Assembly: GCA_963737065.1 (NCBI GenBank)
Contig: CAVTRC010000001.1
Span: 1,600,001 to 1,664,000, forward strand
Direction of reading: 5' to 3'
Source: Candidatus Eremiobacteria bacterium
Lineage (GTDB): Bacteria; Vulcanimicrobiota; Vulcanimicrobiia; Vulcanimicrobiales; Vulcanimicrobiaceae
Length of the DNA: 64,000 nucleotides
Both the position numbers and the translations under genes were made by a program. Positions 49,066 to 58,702 of this stretch are shown one piece after another. The notes below the pieces were generated by a model, which saw nothing but the letters and a program-made list of their open reading frames with translations, did no database searches and had not been told where the DNA came from. Position 1 is the first letter of the stretch; every line of letters starts with the position of its first letter.

Positions 49066-49109
49066 GCTCGCCGCCGAAGGATGCAATCCTTCGACGAGCT
49101 GAGCATGAC
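49057..49109. repeat. Degenerate inverted doublet (REPIN-like) of the GIY-YIG-associated repeat
   Basis: TCATCGTGAGCTCGccgCCGAAGGAT-gca-ATCCTTCGACGAGCTGAGCATGAC between convergent genes. Confidence 0.75.
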
Positions 49110-49115
49110 GCGGTG

Positions 49116-49619
49116 TTACTGCGGTGGACGGCGATCGCGGTCGCGATGGCGATACTGGCCGTTGTACCCGTAGTATCCGCCGTTGCCGTAGCCGCCGTTG
49201 TTATAGCTGCCGTTACTGTAATAGCCGCCGTTGTTGTAGCCACCGTTGTTGTAGCCGCCGTTGTTGTAGCCGCCGTTATACCCGTAGCCGTTCTGACCGT
49301 TGATGTAACACTGCTGGCCGTTGCAGGCGACCTGCTCGCCTTGGTTTCCCGGATACCACGAGTAACCGTTGGGTGCGACGACATGTCCGTCGGCATAGAC
49401 CGTACTTCCGTCCGGCAAGTATCCCGTCACCGTCGTGGCTTCACGATGCTTGTTCGAGACGTTGATCGCGGTGGCGATGCCGGCAATCGCTGCCGCAGCG
49501 CCGATGATCGTGCGCGTTGTAGCTGCGCCGTCGGCGCGTGCAGGCGCGGCGATCGAGGTCATCATGACCCAGGTGAGCGCGAGTCCCGCAACGGCGGAGC
49601 GAATCAGTGAAGTGTTCAT
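49116..49619 (-). CDS. Secreted protein with Gly/Tyr/Asn-rich (YNNGG)n tail
   Basis: Signal peptide APARA; 15-bp coding repeats at about 49177-49280. Confidence 0.8.
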   Translation of the reverse strand: MNTSLIRSAVAGLALTWVMMTSIAAPARADGAATTRTIIGAAAAIAGIATAINVSNKHREATTVTGYLPDGSTVYADGHVVAPNGYSWYPGNQGEQVACNGQQCYINGQNGYGYNGGYNNGGYNNGGYNNGGYYSNGSYNNGGYGNGGYYGYNGQYRHRDRDRRPPQ

Positions 49620-49748
49620 GCTTAGACGGTAGTCTTGGTTTTTGACAAATGTTTGAGGTGTAACCGCCCTGCATTAGAGAACAATGAAAGGAGCGTTTGC
49701 GCGTTCAGCGCGAATGAGTCGCTGCTCGTTTGCTTTGTGGAGGGATGC

Positions 49749-51875
49749 ATGCGTCGTCTGTTCGCCGCCTCATCGATGGCGCTCGTTTTACTTGGCGCAG
49801 CCGCACTTCGATATCCCACGCCGCCGAAAGATGCTACGGTTGACACGTACTACGGAACGAAAGTGGCCGATCCGTATCGGCCGCTCGAAAATATCGATGC
49901 GCCCGACGTCGTCACGTGGGTGCAAGCCGAACAGCACCTCACCCGCAACTATCTCGACAACATTCCGGTGCGCCAAGCGATTGCGTCGCACCTCAGAAAT
50001 ATCGCGAACTACGAGCGCGTTTCGGCGCCGTATCACGTGAAGAATCAGTATTTCTTTACGCGTAACACGGGGCTGCAGAATCAAAGCGTCTTGTACACGA
50101 TGAACGGATTGCGCGGAACACCGCGCGTACTGATCGATCCGAATACGCTCTCATCGGATGGAACCGTTGCGCTCGGCCCAACAGCGGTCAGTTGGGATGC
50201 GAAGTACATCGCGTATGCGACGCAAACATCGGGCTCGGACTGGTTGACGTGGCACGTCCGCGACATTGCGACGGGGAAAGACTTGCCCGATGTGCTGAAC
50301 TGGAGCAAGTTCGGCGACGCCGCGTGGCTGCCGGGCAACAAAAGCTTTCTTTATCCGCGCTATGCGCAGCCGGCTCCTGGTGAAGAGCGCAAAGCGGCCG
50401 CTTCGAATCAAAAAATCTATCTCCACCGCCTGGGGACTTCGCAAGGCGCCGATACGCTCGTGTACGCTCGGCCGGATCATCCGCTGTGGTATCTGAACGC
50501 CGCCGTGAGCGAAGACCAGCGGTACGTGGTGCTGACGACAAATGAAGGCACGTCGCCGAACAACCGCGTGTACGATATCGATCTGCACGACCCCAAGCGC
50601 AGCGTGCATCCCATCTTTGACTCGGCCGACGCAAACTACAACTATCTTGACAACGCCGGCTCGACGTTCTATTTTCAAACGACGAAAGACGCGCTGCGGG
50701 GACGCGTGATCGCCGTTGCTCTAGCGGCGCCGTCGCACATGCGCACCGTTATCCCGCAGCGCGATGACGCGCTGCAAACCGTGTCCACCGCCGGTCATCG
50801 CTTCTTCGCCGACTATTCCGTCGACGTCCACTCGGCGGTCAAGGTGTACGACTACGCGGGACACTTCATGCGCAGCGTTGCATTGCCCGGACCCGGCGAC
50901 GCCGCAGGCTTCGGCGGCTGGCACACGGACAAGACCGTCTACTATGCGTTCTCCTCGTACACGACGCCGACGTCGATCTTTTCCTACGATATTGCGTCGG
51001 GAACGAGCGCGCTCTACCGTAAGCCACGTGTCGACTTCGAGCCGACGCAGTTCATCACGAAAGAAGCGTTCTACCGCAGTAAAGACGGCACGCGCGTACC
51101 GCTGTGGATCTTCTACCGCAAAGGCCTGAAGCTTGACGGGAGCAATCCGACCATTCTCTACGCGTACGGCGGTTTCGACATCCCCATTACGCCGGCGTTC
51201 TCAGCGTTCCGTGCGACGTGGCTGCAAATGGGCGGCGTGTACGCGGTTGCGAACATTCGCGGCGGGTCGGAATACGGCGAAGCATGGCACGAAGCGGGCA
51301 TGCTCGGAAAGAAGCAAAACGTCTTCGACGACTTCATCGGTGCGGCGCAATATCTGATCGACCAGAAATATACGTCGACGCCGAAGCTCGCGATCAACGG
51401 CGCGTCGAACGGCGGCCTGTTGATCGGGGCGGTCGAAGTGCAGCGTCCCGATCTCTTCGGCGCGGCGATTCCGCAAGTCGGCGTGCTGGATATGCTGCGC
51501 TTCGACAAATTTACCGTGGGAAACGGCTGGATCCCGGAGTACGGCTGTTCTACGTGCGGGCAGGCGGACTTCAACTGGCTGATCAAATACTCGCCGCTGC
51601 AGAACGTCAAAGCGGCGTCGTATCCGGCGACGCTGATTATGACGGCCGACCATGACGATCGCGTTTTCCCGGCGCACAGCTTCAAATTCGCGGCCGCAAT
51701 GCAGGCCGATCAGACCGGCGATGCGCCGATTCTCTTGAGGATCGAGTCGAAAGCCGGTCACGGCGGCGGAACGCCGATAACGAAGAGTATCGAGCAGTAC
51801 GCCGACATGTACGCATTCTTGGTGGAGAATCTCAATGTTGCGCTGCCGCAAAACTTTAATGAGCGACGCGCTTAG
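49749..51875 (+). CDS. Prolyl oligopeptidase (S9A)
   Basis: DPYRPLE, YAYGGF, GASNGGLL, DHDDRV, AGHG. Confidence 0.96.
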   Translation: MRRLFAASSMALVLLGAAALRYPTPPKDATVDTYYGTKVADPYRPLENIDAPDVVTWVQAEQHLTRNYLDNIPVRQAIASHLRNIANYERVSAPYHVKNQYFFTRNTGLQNQSVLYTMNGLRGTPRVLIDPNTLSSDGTVALGPTAVSWDAKYIAYATQTSGSDWLTWHVRDIATGKDLPDVLNWSKFGDAAWLPGNKSFLYPRYAQPAPGEERKAAASNQKIYLHRLGTSQGADTLVYARPDHPLWYLNAAVSEDQRYVVLTTNEGTSPNNRVYDIDLHDPKRSVHPIFDSADANYNYLDNAGSTFYFQTTKDALRGRVIAVALAAPSHMRTVIPQRDDALQTVSTAGHRFFADYSVDVHSAVKVYDYAGHFMRSVALPGPGDAAGFGGWHTDKTVYYAFSSYTTPTSIFSYDIASGTSALYRKPRVDFEPTQFITKEAFYRSKDGTRVPLWIFYRKGLKLDGSNPTILYAYGGFDIPITPAFSAFRATWLQMGGVYAVANIRGGSEYGEAWHEAGMLGKKQNVFDDFIGAAQYLIDQKYTSTPKLAINGASNGGLLIGAVEVQRPDLFGAAIPQVGVLDMLRFDKFTVGNGWIPEYGCSTCGQADFNWLIKYSPLQNVKAASYPATLIMTADHDDRVFPAHSFKFAAAMQADQTGDAPILLRIESKAGHGGGTPITKSIEQYADMYAFLVENLNVALPQNFNERRA

Positions 51876-52438
51876 TCCCGGCGCTCGCCGGCCACATTCC
51901 GCGGTAGAAGAAGCACCGCGAGCAGTTCCTCGACGGTGGACCGCACGGTGAGGAGCGCTCGCGTGCGCGCGTGGACGAATCCGTCGCGTTCCATGCGGTC
52001 GTAGAGCGCCAGCAGATCGTCATAGTAGCCGTCGGCGTTCAGCAGTCCGACCGGCTTTTGGTGTACGCCTAATTGCCGCCACGTCAGGATTTCGTGGAAC
52101 TCGTCCATCGTTCCGAATCCGCCGGGCAGCGCGATGAACGCATCGCTGAGGTCCGCCATCAACGCCTTGCGCTCGTGCATGCTTTGCACCACGTGCAACT
52201 GCGTAATGCGGGCATTCGCGACTTCTTCCGTTGCCAGCCCCTCGGGAATTACGCCGACGACTTCTCCGCCCATTTCCAGCGCGGCATCGGCAATCGTGCC
52301 CATCAATCCAACGCGTCCGCCGCCGTAGACGATGCCGTACCCGGCCGTAACGACCGCGCGCGCGACGTGCGCCGCGATATCGCGGAAGCGACCGTCGCGT
52401 CCCGCATGCGCGCCGCAGAATATGCACAATCGAGGCAT
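51872..52438 (-). CDS. LOG family protein (TIGR00730 Rossmann-fold)
   Basis: YGGGRVGLMG, MHERK, PGGFGTMDE. Confidence 0.95.
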   Translation of the reverse strand: MPRLCIFCGAHAGRDGRFRDIAAHVARAVVTAGYGIVYGGGRVGLMGTIADAALEMGGEVVGVIPEGLATEEVANARITQLHVVQSMHERKALMADLSDAFIALPGGFGTMDEFHEILTWRQLGVHQKPVGLLNADGYYDDLLALYDRMERDGFVHARTRALLTVRSTVEELLAVLLLPRNVAGERRD

Positions 52439-52492
52439 GGCGCTCGCCGTTTACGCAATGGAAGCCGCCACGCCTGCCGAAACGCTGTCGAC

Positions 52493-52828
52493 ATGTCCGA
52501 CGATCGTGAACTCGTGTACTCGAGTGAGACCGGTTACCAAGCGCCGTCGAAAATGAAGCAGCGAACGAAACGCACCGGCGCGAAGCCGTCGTTGCCGGAG
52601 GACGGAATCATTCGCGTTGCACGCGAGCGCCGGCGTGCGAGCGTCGTAAGCCTCGTGCATGGGCTCGACGACCGGGAAATCGACGACGTTGCGAAGGCGT
52701 TGAAACGCCATTGCGGCACGGGAGGCACGAGCAAGCATGGCGTCGTTGAAATCCAAGGAGATCACCGCGACAAAATCGTCGCATGGTTCACGGGACAAGG
52801 ACGAAAAGCAAAACCGGCGGGCGGCTAA
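52493..52828 (+). CDS. yciH: SUI1/YciH translation initiation factor family protein
   Basis: LVYSSE, LKRHCGTGGTSK, IQGDHR, AGG C-terminus. Confidence 0.9.
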   Translation: MSDDRELVYSSETGYQAPSKMKQRTKRTGAKPSLPEDGIIRVARERRRASVVSLVHGLDDREIDDVAKALKRHCGTGGTSKHGVVEIQGDHRDKIVAWFTGQGRKAKPAGG

Positions 52829-54116
52829 ATCAATCCCCGGCCCGAGCCGTTGGGAGACGGTGCGCCGGCTCTACCCATACCCGTTTCCGAAACTGCCCGC
52901 ATTTCTTCTCGACATCGCGCAGCGTTACGGCCCGATCGTTCGCTTTAGTTTGCCGTCGCGATCGTTCGTCATGCTCAACGATCCCGAGCAGATCAAAGAC
53001 GTCCTCGTGACGCAACAGCACGCCTTTCATAAGTCGGCGGGCGGACGCGCATTGCGGTGGTTACTCGGCGATGGTTTGCTGACGAGCGAAGACCCGCGCC
53101 ACAAGCAGATGCGCCGCATCGTCCAACCGGCGTTTCATGGCGAGCGCATCGCACAGTACGCGCAAACCATGCAGCGATTTGCCGACGCGTGGGTCGCGCA
53201 CATGAACGATGGGACAACGATCGACATGTCGGAATCGATGAGCGCACTGACGCTTCGGATCGCAAGTGAAACATTGTTCGGCGTCGATGCGGAGGCGGAA
53301 ACACGTATAGTTCGCGAGGCGCTGCAAGACGCGATGGAAGTCTATCCGCTCGCAATCGCACCACTCGGCGTCATACGGCGCACATTGCGCGTTCTTCCCT
53401 CGACTCGTCGATTCGAGAACGCGCGAGCGCGGTTAGATCGCATCCTCTACCGACTGATCGAAGAACGGCGCGCGCAACCGGAACAGCGAACCGACGCGCT
53501 CTCATTGATGCTCGCCGCCAAAGATCCGCAAACGGGGTACCGTTTGACCGACGAGCACGTGCGTGACGAAGCAATGACGCTGTTTCTCGCGGGTCACGAA
53601 ACCACCGCGAATGCGCTCGTGTGGACATGGTATTTACTGGCGCGCAATCCGCGCGTCGAGGCGCACCTGCATGCCGACGTAGATGCCGGAAGCAACGAGT
53701 ACGCCGGCCGTGTGCTGCGCGAAGCGATGCGATTATATCCGCCCGCGTGGATCATCGGACGCGAGGCGCGGCGCGACGTAACGCTCGCGGGCGGCTATCA
53801 CGTCGCCGCGAAAACCACCGTGTTCATCTGTCAGCTCGTTCTGCACCGGCTGCCGCAATTTTACCGTGAACCGTTACGGTTCGATCCCGACCGTTGGCTG
53901 ACGGACCAACCTCCGCAATTTGCCTATGCGCCGTTCGGAGGCGGCGCGCGGCGGTGCATCGGCGAGCAGTTCGCATTGTCCGAAGCAACGCTTTTGCTTG
54001 CAACGATCGCCCGGCGGTTCCGGTTTTCCCCTGGATTCAGCGGCGAACCGGGATATGATGCGCTGGTTACGCTTCGGCCTCGAGGACCGATGCCGATGCG
54101 CGTGCGCGCACGGTGA
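52737..54116 (+). CDS. Cytochrome P450; start uncertain (ATG 52737 or GTG 52859)
   Basis: [30 protein letters not shown]. Confidence 0.95.
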   Translation: MASLKSKEITATKSSHGSRDKDEKQNRRAAKSIPGPSRWETVRRLYPYPFPKLPAFLLDIAQRYGPIVRFSLPSRSFVMLNDPEQIKDVLVTQQHAFHKSAGGRALRWLLGDGLLTSEDPRHKQMRRIVQPAFHGERIAQYAQTMQRFADAWVAHMNDGTTIDMSESMSALTLRIASETLFGVDAEAETRIVREALQDAMEVYPLAIAPLGVIRRTLRVLPSTRRFENARARLDRILYRLIEERRAQPEQRTDALSLMLAAKDPQTGYRLTDEHVRDEAMTLFLAGHETTANALVWTWYLLARNPRVEAHLHADVDAGSNEYAGRVLREAMRLYPPAWIIGREARRDVTLAGGYHVAAKTTVFICQLVLHRLPQFYREPLRFDPDRWLTDQPPQFAYAPFGGGARRCIGEQFALSEATLLLATIARRFRFSPGFSGEPGYDALVTLRPRGPMPMRVRAR

Positions 54117-54179
54117 GCGACGCCGCGTTATGCGTTCGCTCGACCTAACTCAGAGCACGCGAATCCGCAACGAATCGCG

Positions 54180-55208
54180 TTACGATCGGATGAAGAACAG
54201 TCCCGCGACGCCGGCGACGTAGAGCCCGAGCACGATCAACGAATCGATGCCCGTACCAAAGAGCATCCGCTTGGAACGAAACACGGCGCCTGCGCAGTAG
54301 ACCGCCGTGAGCAGCGCGCCGAGCGCCGTAAGATATAAATCCGGTCCTTGCGCATCGGGCAGCAACGAACGGCCGCTGAGCAAGCTTCCGAGGAGAAAGA
54401 GGACCGGCAAAAACGCGTTCCCGCCGATTACGTCGCTGATTGCGAGTTCGAAGCTCCCGACTTTCACCGCCGCAAGTCCGGTCGTTACCTCCGGAAGCGC
54501 CGTTACGGCCGAAAGGAACGTTGCGCCGAAGATCACGCCGCTGATGTGGAAGCGTGCGGAGAGTTCCACGCTCGACAATTCGATTGCAACGCCGCAGACG
54601 AGCGTCGCGGCTGCCGCGAGTGCGAAAAGCCCGATTGCTCGTTGAATCGTGCAGTGCTTCACGACTTTCGGCGCCGCTTCCATCATATGCTCGTGTCCGG
54701 CGCGCCATGATTCCCGGTCTTCATTCTGCGCGGTCAACCACAGGCCGAAAAGCCAGAAGATCAAGATCGCGACTTCGACGGGCGTGATCCGGAACGCGAT
54801 CATCGTTCTCGGCAAGAGCGCACCGATCACGCAAAACATCAAGACCGAGATTACGACCATGCCTTGAACGACGATCGTAAGGGAACGTACGGCCGACATC
54901 AGCGGAATGCGTTCGCGCAGTCCCGGGCCGTCGAGTATGACGAGCACGACCGTTTGGATCGCTATGCCGCCGAGAATGTTTCCGACCGCAAGGTCCATTG
55001 AATTGGTGAACGCGCACCCAACGATAATCGCGATTTCCGGCAGATTCGTCGCAATTGCGAGGAGGATCGCGCCGCCGACGCCTTCGCCCCAACCGAAATG
55101 CGTATCGATCGCATCGGTGGTAAACGCCAGAATGATTCCGGCCCACCAAATTACGCCTGCTGCGGCAAGAAAGATAGCAAGGAGCCCCCACGTCGACAGT
55201 CCAGACAT
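54180..55208 (-). CDS. Sodium:calcium antiporter (CaCA) family protein
   Basis: ATNLPE and VTALPE alpha repeats, GNILGG. Confidence 0.9.
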   Translation of the reverse strand: MSGLSTWGLLAIFLAAAGVIWWAGIILAFTTDAIDTHFGWGEGVGGAILLAIATNLPEIAIIVGCAFTNSMDLAVGNILGGIAIQTVVLVILDGPGLRERIPLMSAVRSLTIVVQGMVVISVLMFCVIGALLPRTMIAFRITPVEVAILIFWLFGLWLTAQNEDRESWRAGHEHMMEAAPKVVKHCTIQRAIGLFALAAAATLVCGVAIELSSVELSARFHISGVIFGATFLSAVTALPEVTTGLAAVKVGSFELAISDVIGGNAFLPVLFLLGSLLSGRSLLPDAQGPDLYLTALGALLTAVYCAGAVFRSKRMLFGTGIDSLIVLGLYVAGVAGLFFIRS

Positions 55209-55277
55209 GTGAGCCTTCTTCCCAAAAACTACGGTGTGCTAGAGTAGAACACGAAGCTGACCCCGGGAGGCACGCCG

Positions 55278-55619
55278 ATGCTTCTGTACCCGCATTCCGA
55301 CGACGCGGACTCCGATGACGATCGGCTCGAGCACCTCGCCGATCCGGAATTTACGAGGCGCCTTCGCAGAGCGAATCCCAAGTTCTTCACGCGCAGCGGC
55401 CATGGTTCCATCGCGAGGATTTTGGCAGTCGCCGGTATCGTCTCACTTCTCGCGGGATACGCGATTGCGCCCGTACTCCTCGCGCAGCGCCGTTCCGATC
55501 CGCCGTTTTTGACGACGATGGTGCGCGATGTCGCGCCCGCCTCGCCGCGCGTGCAATCGAGAAGCCCGCGCAGCGTAACGCGCGCGCGTTCGCGGTCGCC
55601 GATATGTTGCGGTCGGTGA
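55278..55619 (+). CDS. Hypothetical single-TM protein
   Basis: GGAGG RBS, one hydrophobic segment, fills an intergenic gap. Confidence 0.55.
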   Translation: MLLYPHSDDADSDDDRLEHLADPEFTRRLRRANPKFFTRSGHGSIARILAVAGIVSLLAGYAIAPVLLAQRRSDPPFLTTMVRDVAPASPRVQSRSPRSVTRARSRSPICCGR

Positions 55620-55685
55620 TTTGCTATATCAGCGGAACGGAAATGCGCCTATAAATTCCGCAAGATGCGATGCGTTGCGGATATT

Positions 55686-57059
55686 CTAAGCAAGGACGAG
55701 TTCGTCGGCCGCGTCGCCGGCCTTTTTCAACGCTTCCGCGATCATCTGATCGGCGATCTCTTTCACCGCCCAGCGCGCTTGCGCTGCCGGCGACAGCTTA
55801 TCGACGGGATCGAAGTACACGAACGCCTTCCCTCTCTTCACGCTCGGTGCCGTGTAGACGCAGATCCCGTTTTCGCGATCGTAGTAATCGAATGAGTGGA
55901 TATCGCGCTTACCGCCGCCGCCCGGCGCATCGCAGATGAAAAGCGGCGTGTTGAACCCCGCGGTGCTGCCGCGCACGAACTTCTCGATGTCGACCGACGT
56001 TTGGATCGTCGTGCGCAACTCCTCGACGCCCTTCACCATGTCGTGCATGTAGACGTAATATGGATGCACGTTGACATACTCGAGGCGCTTCACGAGCAGT
56101 TGCATGCGTTGCGGCGTGTCGTTCACACCGCGGATGAGAACCGATTGATTGCGCACGAAGATACCGCGCTCGAAGAGCACGTTCATCGCTTTTTCGGTGA
56201 TCCACGTGATCTCTTCGGGAGCATTGAAGTGCGTGTGCAGCACGACGTCTTTGCCGATCGTCCGTCCTCGCTCGACGATCGACGTGAGCGCGTCGACCCA
56301 AGCCGTGTCGGTGATGATCTTCATCGGCATGATCGCCGGGCCTTTGGTGGCGAAGCGCATACGCCGGATATGCGGAATATCGAGCAACGCGTTTCCGATC
56401 AGTGCAATGTTCTTCGCCGGCAGCTGATATGTATCTCCGCCCGAGATGACGATGTCTTCGAGTTCCGGACGTTCGCTGATGTACTTGAACGCCTCTTCCC
56501 ATTGTTTGGGCGTCTTTGCAAGACTGACCTTATCGACGTTCTCGGTGTCCGGACCGATCGCATAACTACGCGTGCAGAACCGGCAGTACACGGGGCATGT
56601 GTTTAGCGGCAGGAACAACGCCTTGTCGACGTAGCGATGCACGAGACCGGGCACCGGCGAGTCATCCTGTTCGTGCAACGAGTCGAGCGTCAAGCGCGGA
56701 TGGTCGGGCAGAAGCGTCGACGCGAGCGGAATGAATTGCCGGCGGATCGGGTCGTTTACCGGATCGTTCCAGTCGATGAGGGAGAGGGCATACGGTGAAA
56801 CGCGCACGGCCATTGGCGCCCGGTGGAACCCCTGCTCGACGTCTTTGAAGAACTGCGGCGAGCACAGATCCTTGATGGTTGCGAGCAACTCTTGCGGTGT
56901 TTTTACCGCATTTTTTTGCTGCCACAGATGATCGAGAAACGTCCGTTCATCGATCTCGCTGTACGCGGGCACGTGACGCCAAAATTCGCCGCTTTTGAGG
57001 TTGCGGTGTTCGAACTGCGACGCCGGCGCCGGCGGTTTGAGATGTGCGATCTCGTTCAT
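55686..57059 (-). CDS. kamA: KamA family radical SAM protein (lysine 2,3-aminomutase)
   Basis: CPVYCRFCTR, SGGD, NQSVLIRGVND, DAPGGGGK; next to kdd. Confidence 0.92.
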   Translation of the reverse strand: MNEIAHLKPPAPASQFEHRNLKSGEFWRHVPAYSEIDERTFLDHLWQQKNAVKTPQELLATIKDLCSPQFFKDVEQGFHRAPMAVRVSPYALSLIDWNDPVNDPIRRQFIPLASTLLPDHPRLTLDSLHEQDDSPVPGLVHRYVDKALFLPLNTCPVYCRFCTRSYAIGPDTENVDKVSLAKTPKQWEEAFKYISERPELEDIVISGGDTYQLPAKNIALIGNALLDIPHIRRMRFATKGPAIMPMKIITDTAWVDALTSIVERGRTIGKDVVLHTHFNAPEEITWITEKAMNVLFERGIFVRNQSVLIRGVNDTPQRMQLLVKRLEYVNVHPYYVYMHDMVKGVEELRTTIQTSVDIEKFVRGSTAGFNTPLFICDAPGGGGKRDIHSFDYYDRENGICVYTAPSVKRGKAFVYFDPVDKLSPAAQARWAVKEIADQMIAEALKKAGDAADELVLA

Positions 57060-57064
57060 ATCGT

Positions 57065-58129
57065 CTACCCTTTGCTCGCGTACTTCTTGTCAAAATACTG
57101 ACGGATGGGCGGATTGTCGCGCAGCGTTTGCAGCGCGACGTCGGCATGCCCCTTGGCATATCCGTTGCCGACGATCATGGTGACGTCTTTTCCGACGCCC
57201 TCAGCCCCGAGTGCCGCCGCCGTAAACGAGGTCGACATCGAGAAGAAGTAAACGACGCCGTCTTGTTTCGTGCAGAGAATCGAGCCGAGTTCGGTGTTCG
57301 CAACGTTGACGCAGTTGATCGTGATGTCGGCAAGACGCGGGGCGACGGCCGCGACTTTCTCGCTCACGTCGAGCGCGTCGCGTGCATCCGCGACGACGAA
57401 ATGGTCGACGAAGCCGCCTTCTTCCAGCAGCCGTGCCGACGGCGTGTTTTTCGAAGGTGCGACCCCGATCACCGCACCGTCCGCGCCGACGCACGCTTTG
57501 GCTTGCGCGCACGATAACATACCGCTTTTGCCGTCCGCACCGATGACGACGACCGTCTGACCGGGTTTGCAGAGGCGCTTCACCTGCGCCGGCGCGCCGG
57601 CGACGTCGAGTACGGCAAGCGCAACGTTTTCATCGATGTCGGCCGGAAGCTTTGCCCACAATCCGGATTCAAAGAGAATCGCTTTGCCCCGCACCCAGAT
57701 ACGCCCCGTCGTCACGTCGATCCGTGTGATCGCTTCGATGTACAGCGGCGTGAGCGTGAGCGAAACGAGCGATGCGATGCGTTCGCCCGCTTTGAGGTCG
57801 ATCCGATCGCGAAGGTGCTCGCCGAGTCTTAGCACGTGGCCGATGAACATGCCGCCGCTTCCGGTCACGGGATTGTGTTGCTTGCCGCGTTCACGCACGA
57901 TCCCGAGCACGTGCTCCGCGATCTTCGCTTCGTCGCTGTCGCACGCGTCGGCAATTTGCTTGAACGATGCGGAATCGATGTTGAGCACTTCAACGTCGCA
58001 GAGAATTTCGTTCTCGAGCGCGGCTGGCGTGTTGTCGAGCTTCCACGCCGTTTGCGGCATCGCACCCGGCGGCTCGATGACGCGGTGCGTTCCGAGCGGA
58101 TGAACCTTACGTTCGGATGCAATGCTCAT
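57065..58129 (-). CDS. kdd: L-erythro-3,5-diaminohexanoate dehydrogenase
   Basis: GTHRVIEP, LNIDSASF, HNPVTGSGGM, FFSMSTSFTAAALGAEG. Confidence 0.92.
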   Translation of the reverse strand: MSIASERKVHPLGTHRVIEPPGAMPQTAWKLDNTPAALENEILCDVEVLNIDSASFKQIADACDSDEAKIAEHVLGIVRERGKQHNPVTGSGGMFIGHVLRLGEHLRDRIDLKAGERIASLVSLTLTPLYIEAITRIDVTTGRIWVRGKAILFESGLWAKLPADIDENVALAVLDVAGAPAQVKRLCKPGQTVVVIGADGKSGMLSCAQAKACVGADGAVIGVAPSKNTPSARLLEEGGFVDHFVVADARDALDVSEKVAAVAPRLADITINCVNVANTELGSILCTKQDGVVYFFSMSTSFTAAALGAEGVGKDVTMIVGNGYAKGHADVALQTLRDNPPIRQYFDKKYASKG

Positions 58130-58596
58130 GACGTAACCGAAATGCCCCCACGATCGAACGGCGTCGTCAGTACGATCGTCGTCTTGGTGCGCGCCATTCC
58201 GGGCATCGATTTCAAACGCCCGAGCAAATCATCGAGGTGCTGTGTCGAGCGCGTTACGACTTTGCACACGAAGGTCTCCTCGCCGGCGACCGAATGGATC
58301 TCGCATACCTCGGGAAGCGCGGACAGCGTGCGGGTGAATTCGTCGTAGAGGCAGTCAGGCGACGTGTAACAGCTGACGAAGGCAACAAGTTCAAGGCCGA
58401 GTCGCTTCCCGTCTAGTCTGGCGGCATATCCACGGATATGTCCGCGCTGCTCGAGGCGTTTCACACGGTCGTGCACCGCGGGAGGCTTCAGCCCGACGAT
58501 CGCACCGAGTTCGGCAAATGTTGAACGGGCGTTGCGCTGCAACGCTTCCAAAATCTGTATGTCGAGTTCGTCGAGTTCGTCGTTTGCTACTATCAT
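58126..58596 (-). CDS. Lrp/AsnC family transcriptional regulator
   Basis: LDELDIQILEALQRNAR, VHDRVKRLE, HSVAGE; ATG at 58596. Confidence 0.94.
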   Translation of the reverse strand: MIVANDELDELDIQILEALQRNARSTFAELGAIVGLKPPAVHDRVKRLEQRGHIRGYAARLDGKRLGLELVAFVSCYTSPDCLYDEFTRTLSALPEVCEIHSVAGEETFVCKVVTRSTQHLDDLLGRLKSMPGMARTKTTIVLTTPFDRGGISVTS

Positions 58597-58702
58597 TCGC
58601 CTCACCAGCGCGTCCTGGCCGCATCCGTTCGGTAAATCCACTATACCACCCATTATTTGTTCGGGCAAGGGCGGGCGAACGCCGAGCGGCGAAGCGGCTC
58701 GT

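Noticed and set aside
52737..52860. Non-canonical start for the P450 (and similarly for the kinase near 33790)
   Set aside because: Canonical ATG/GTG alternatives exist in frame, unlike the HAD case.
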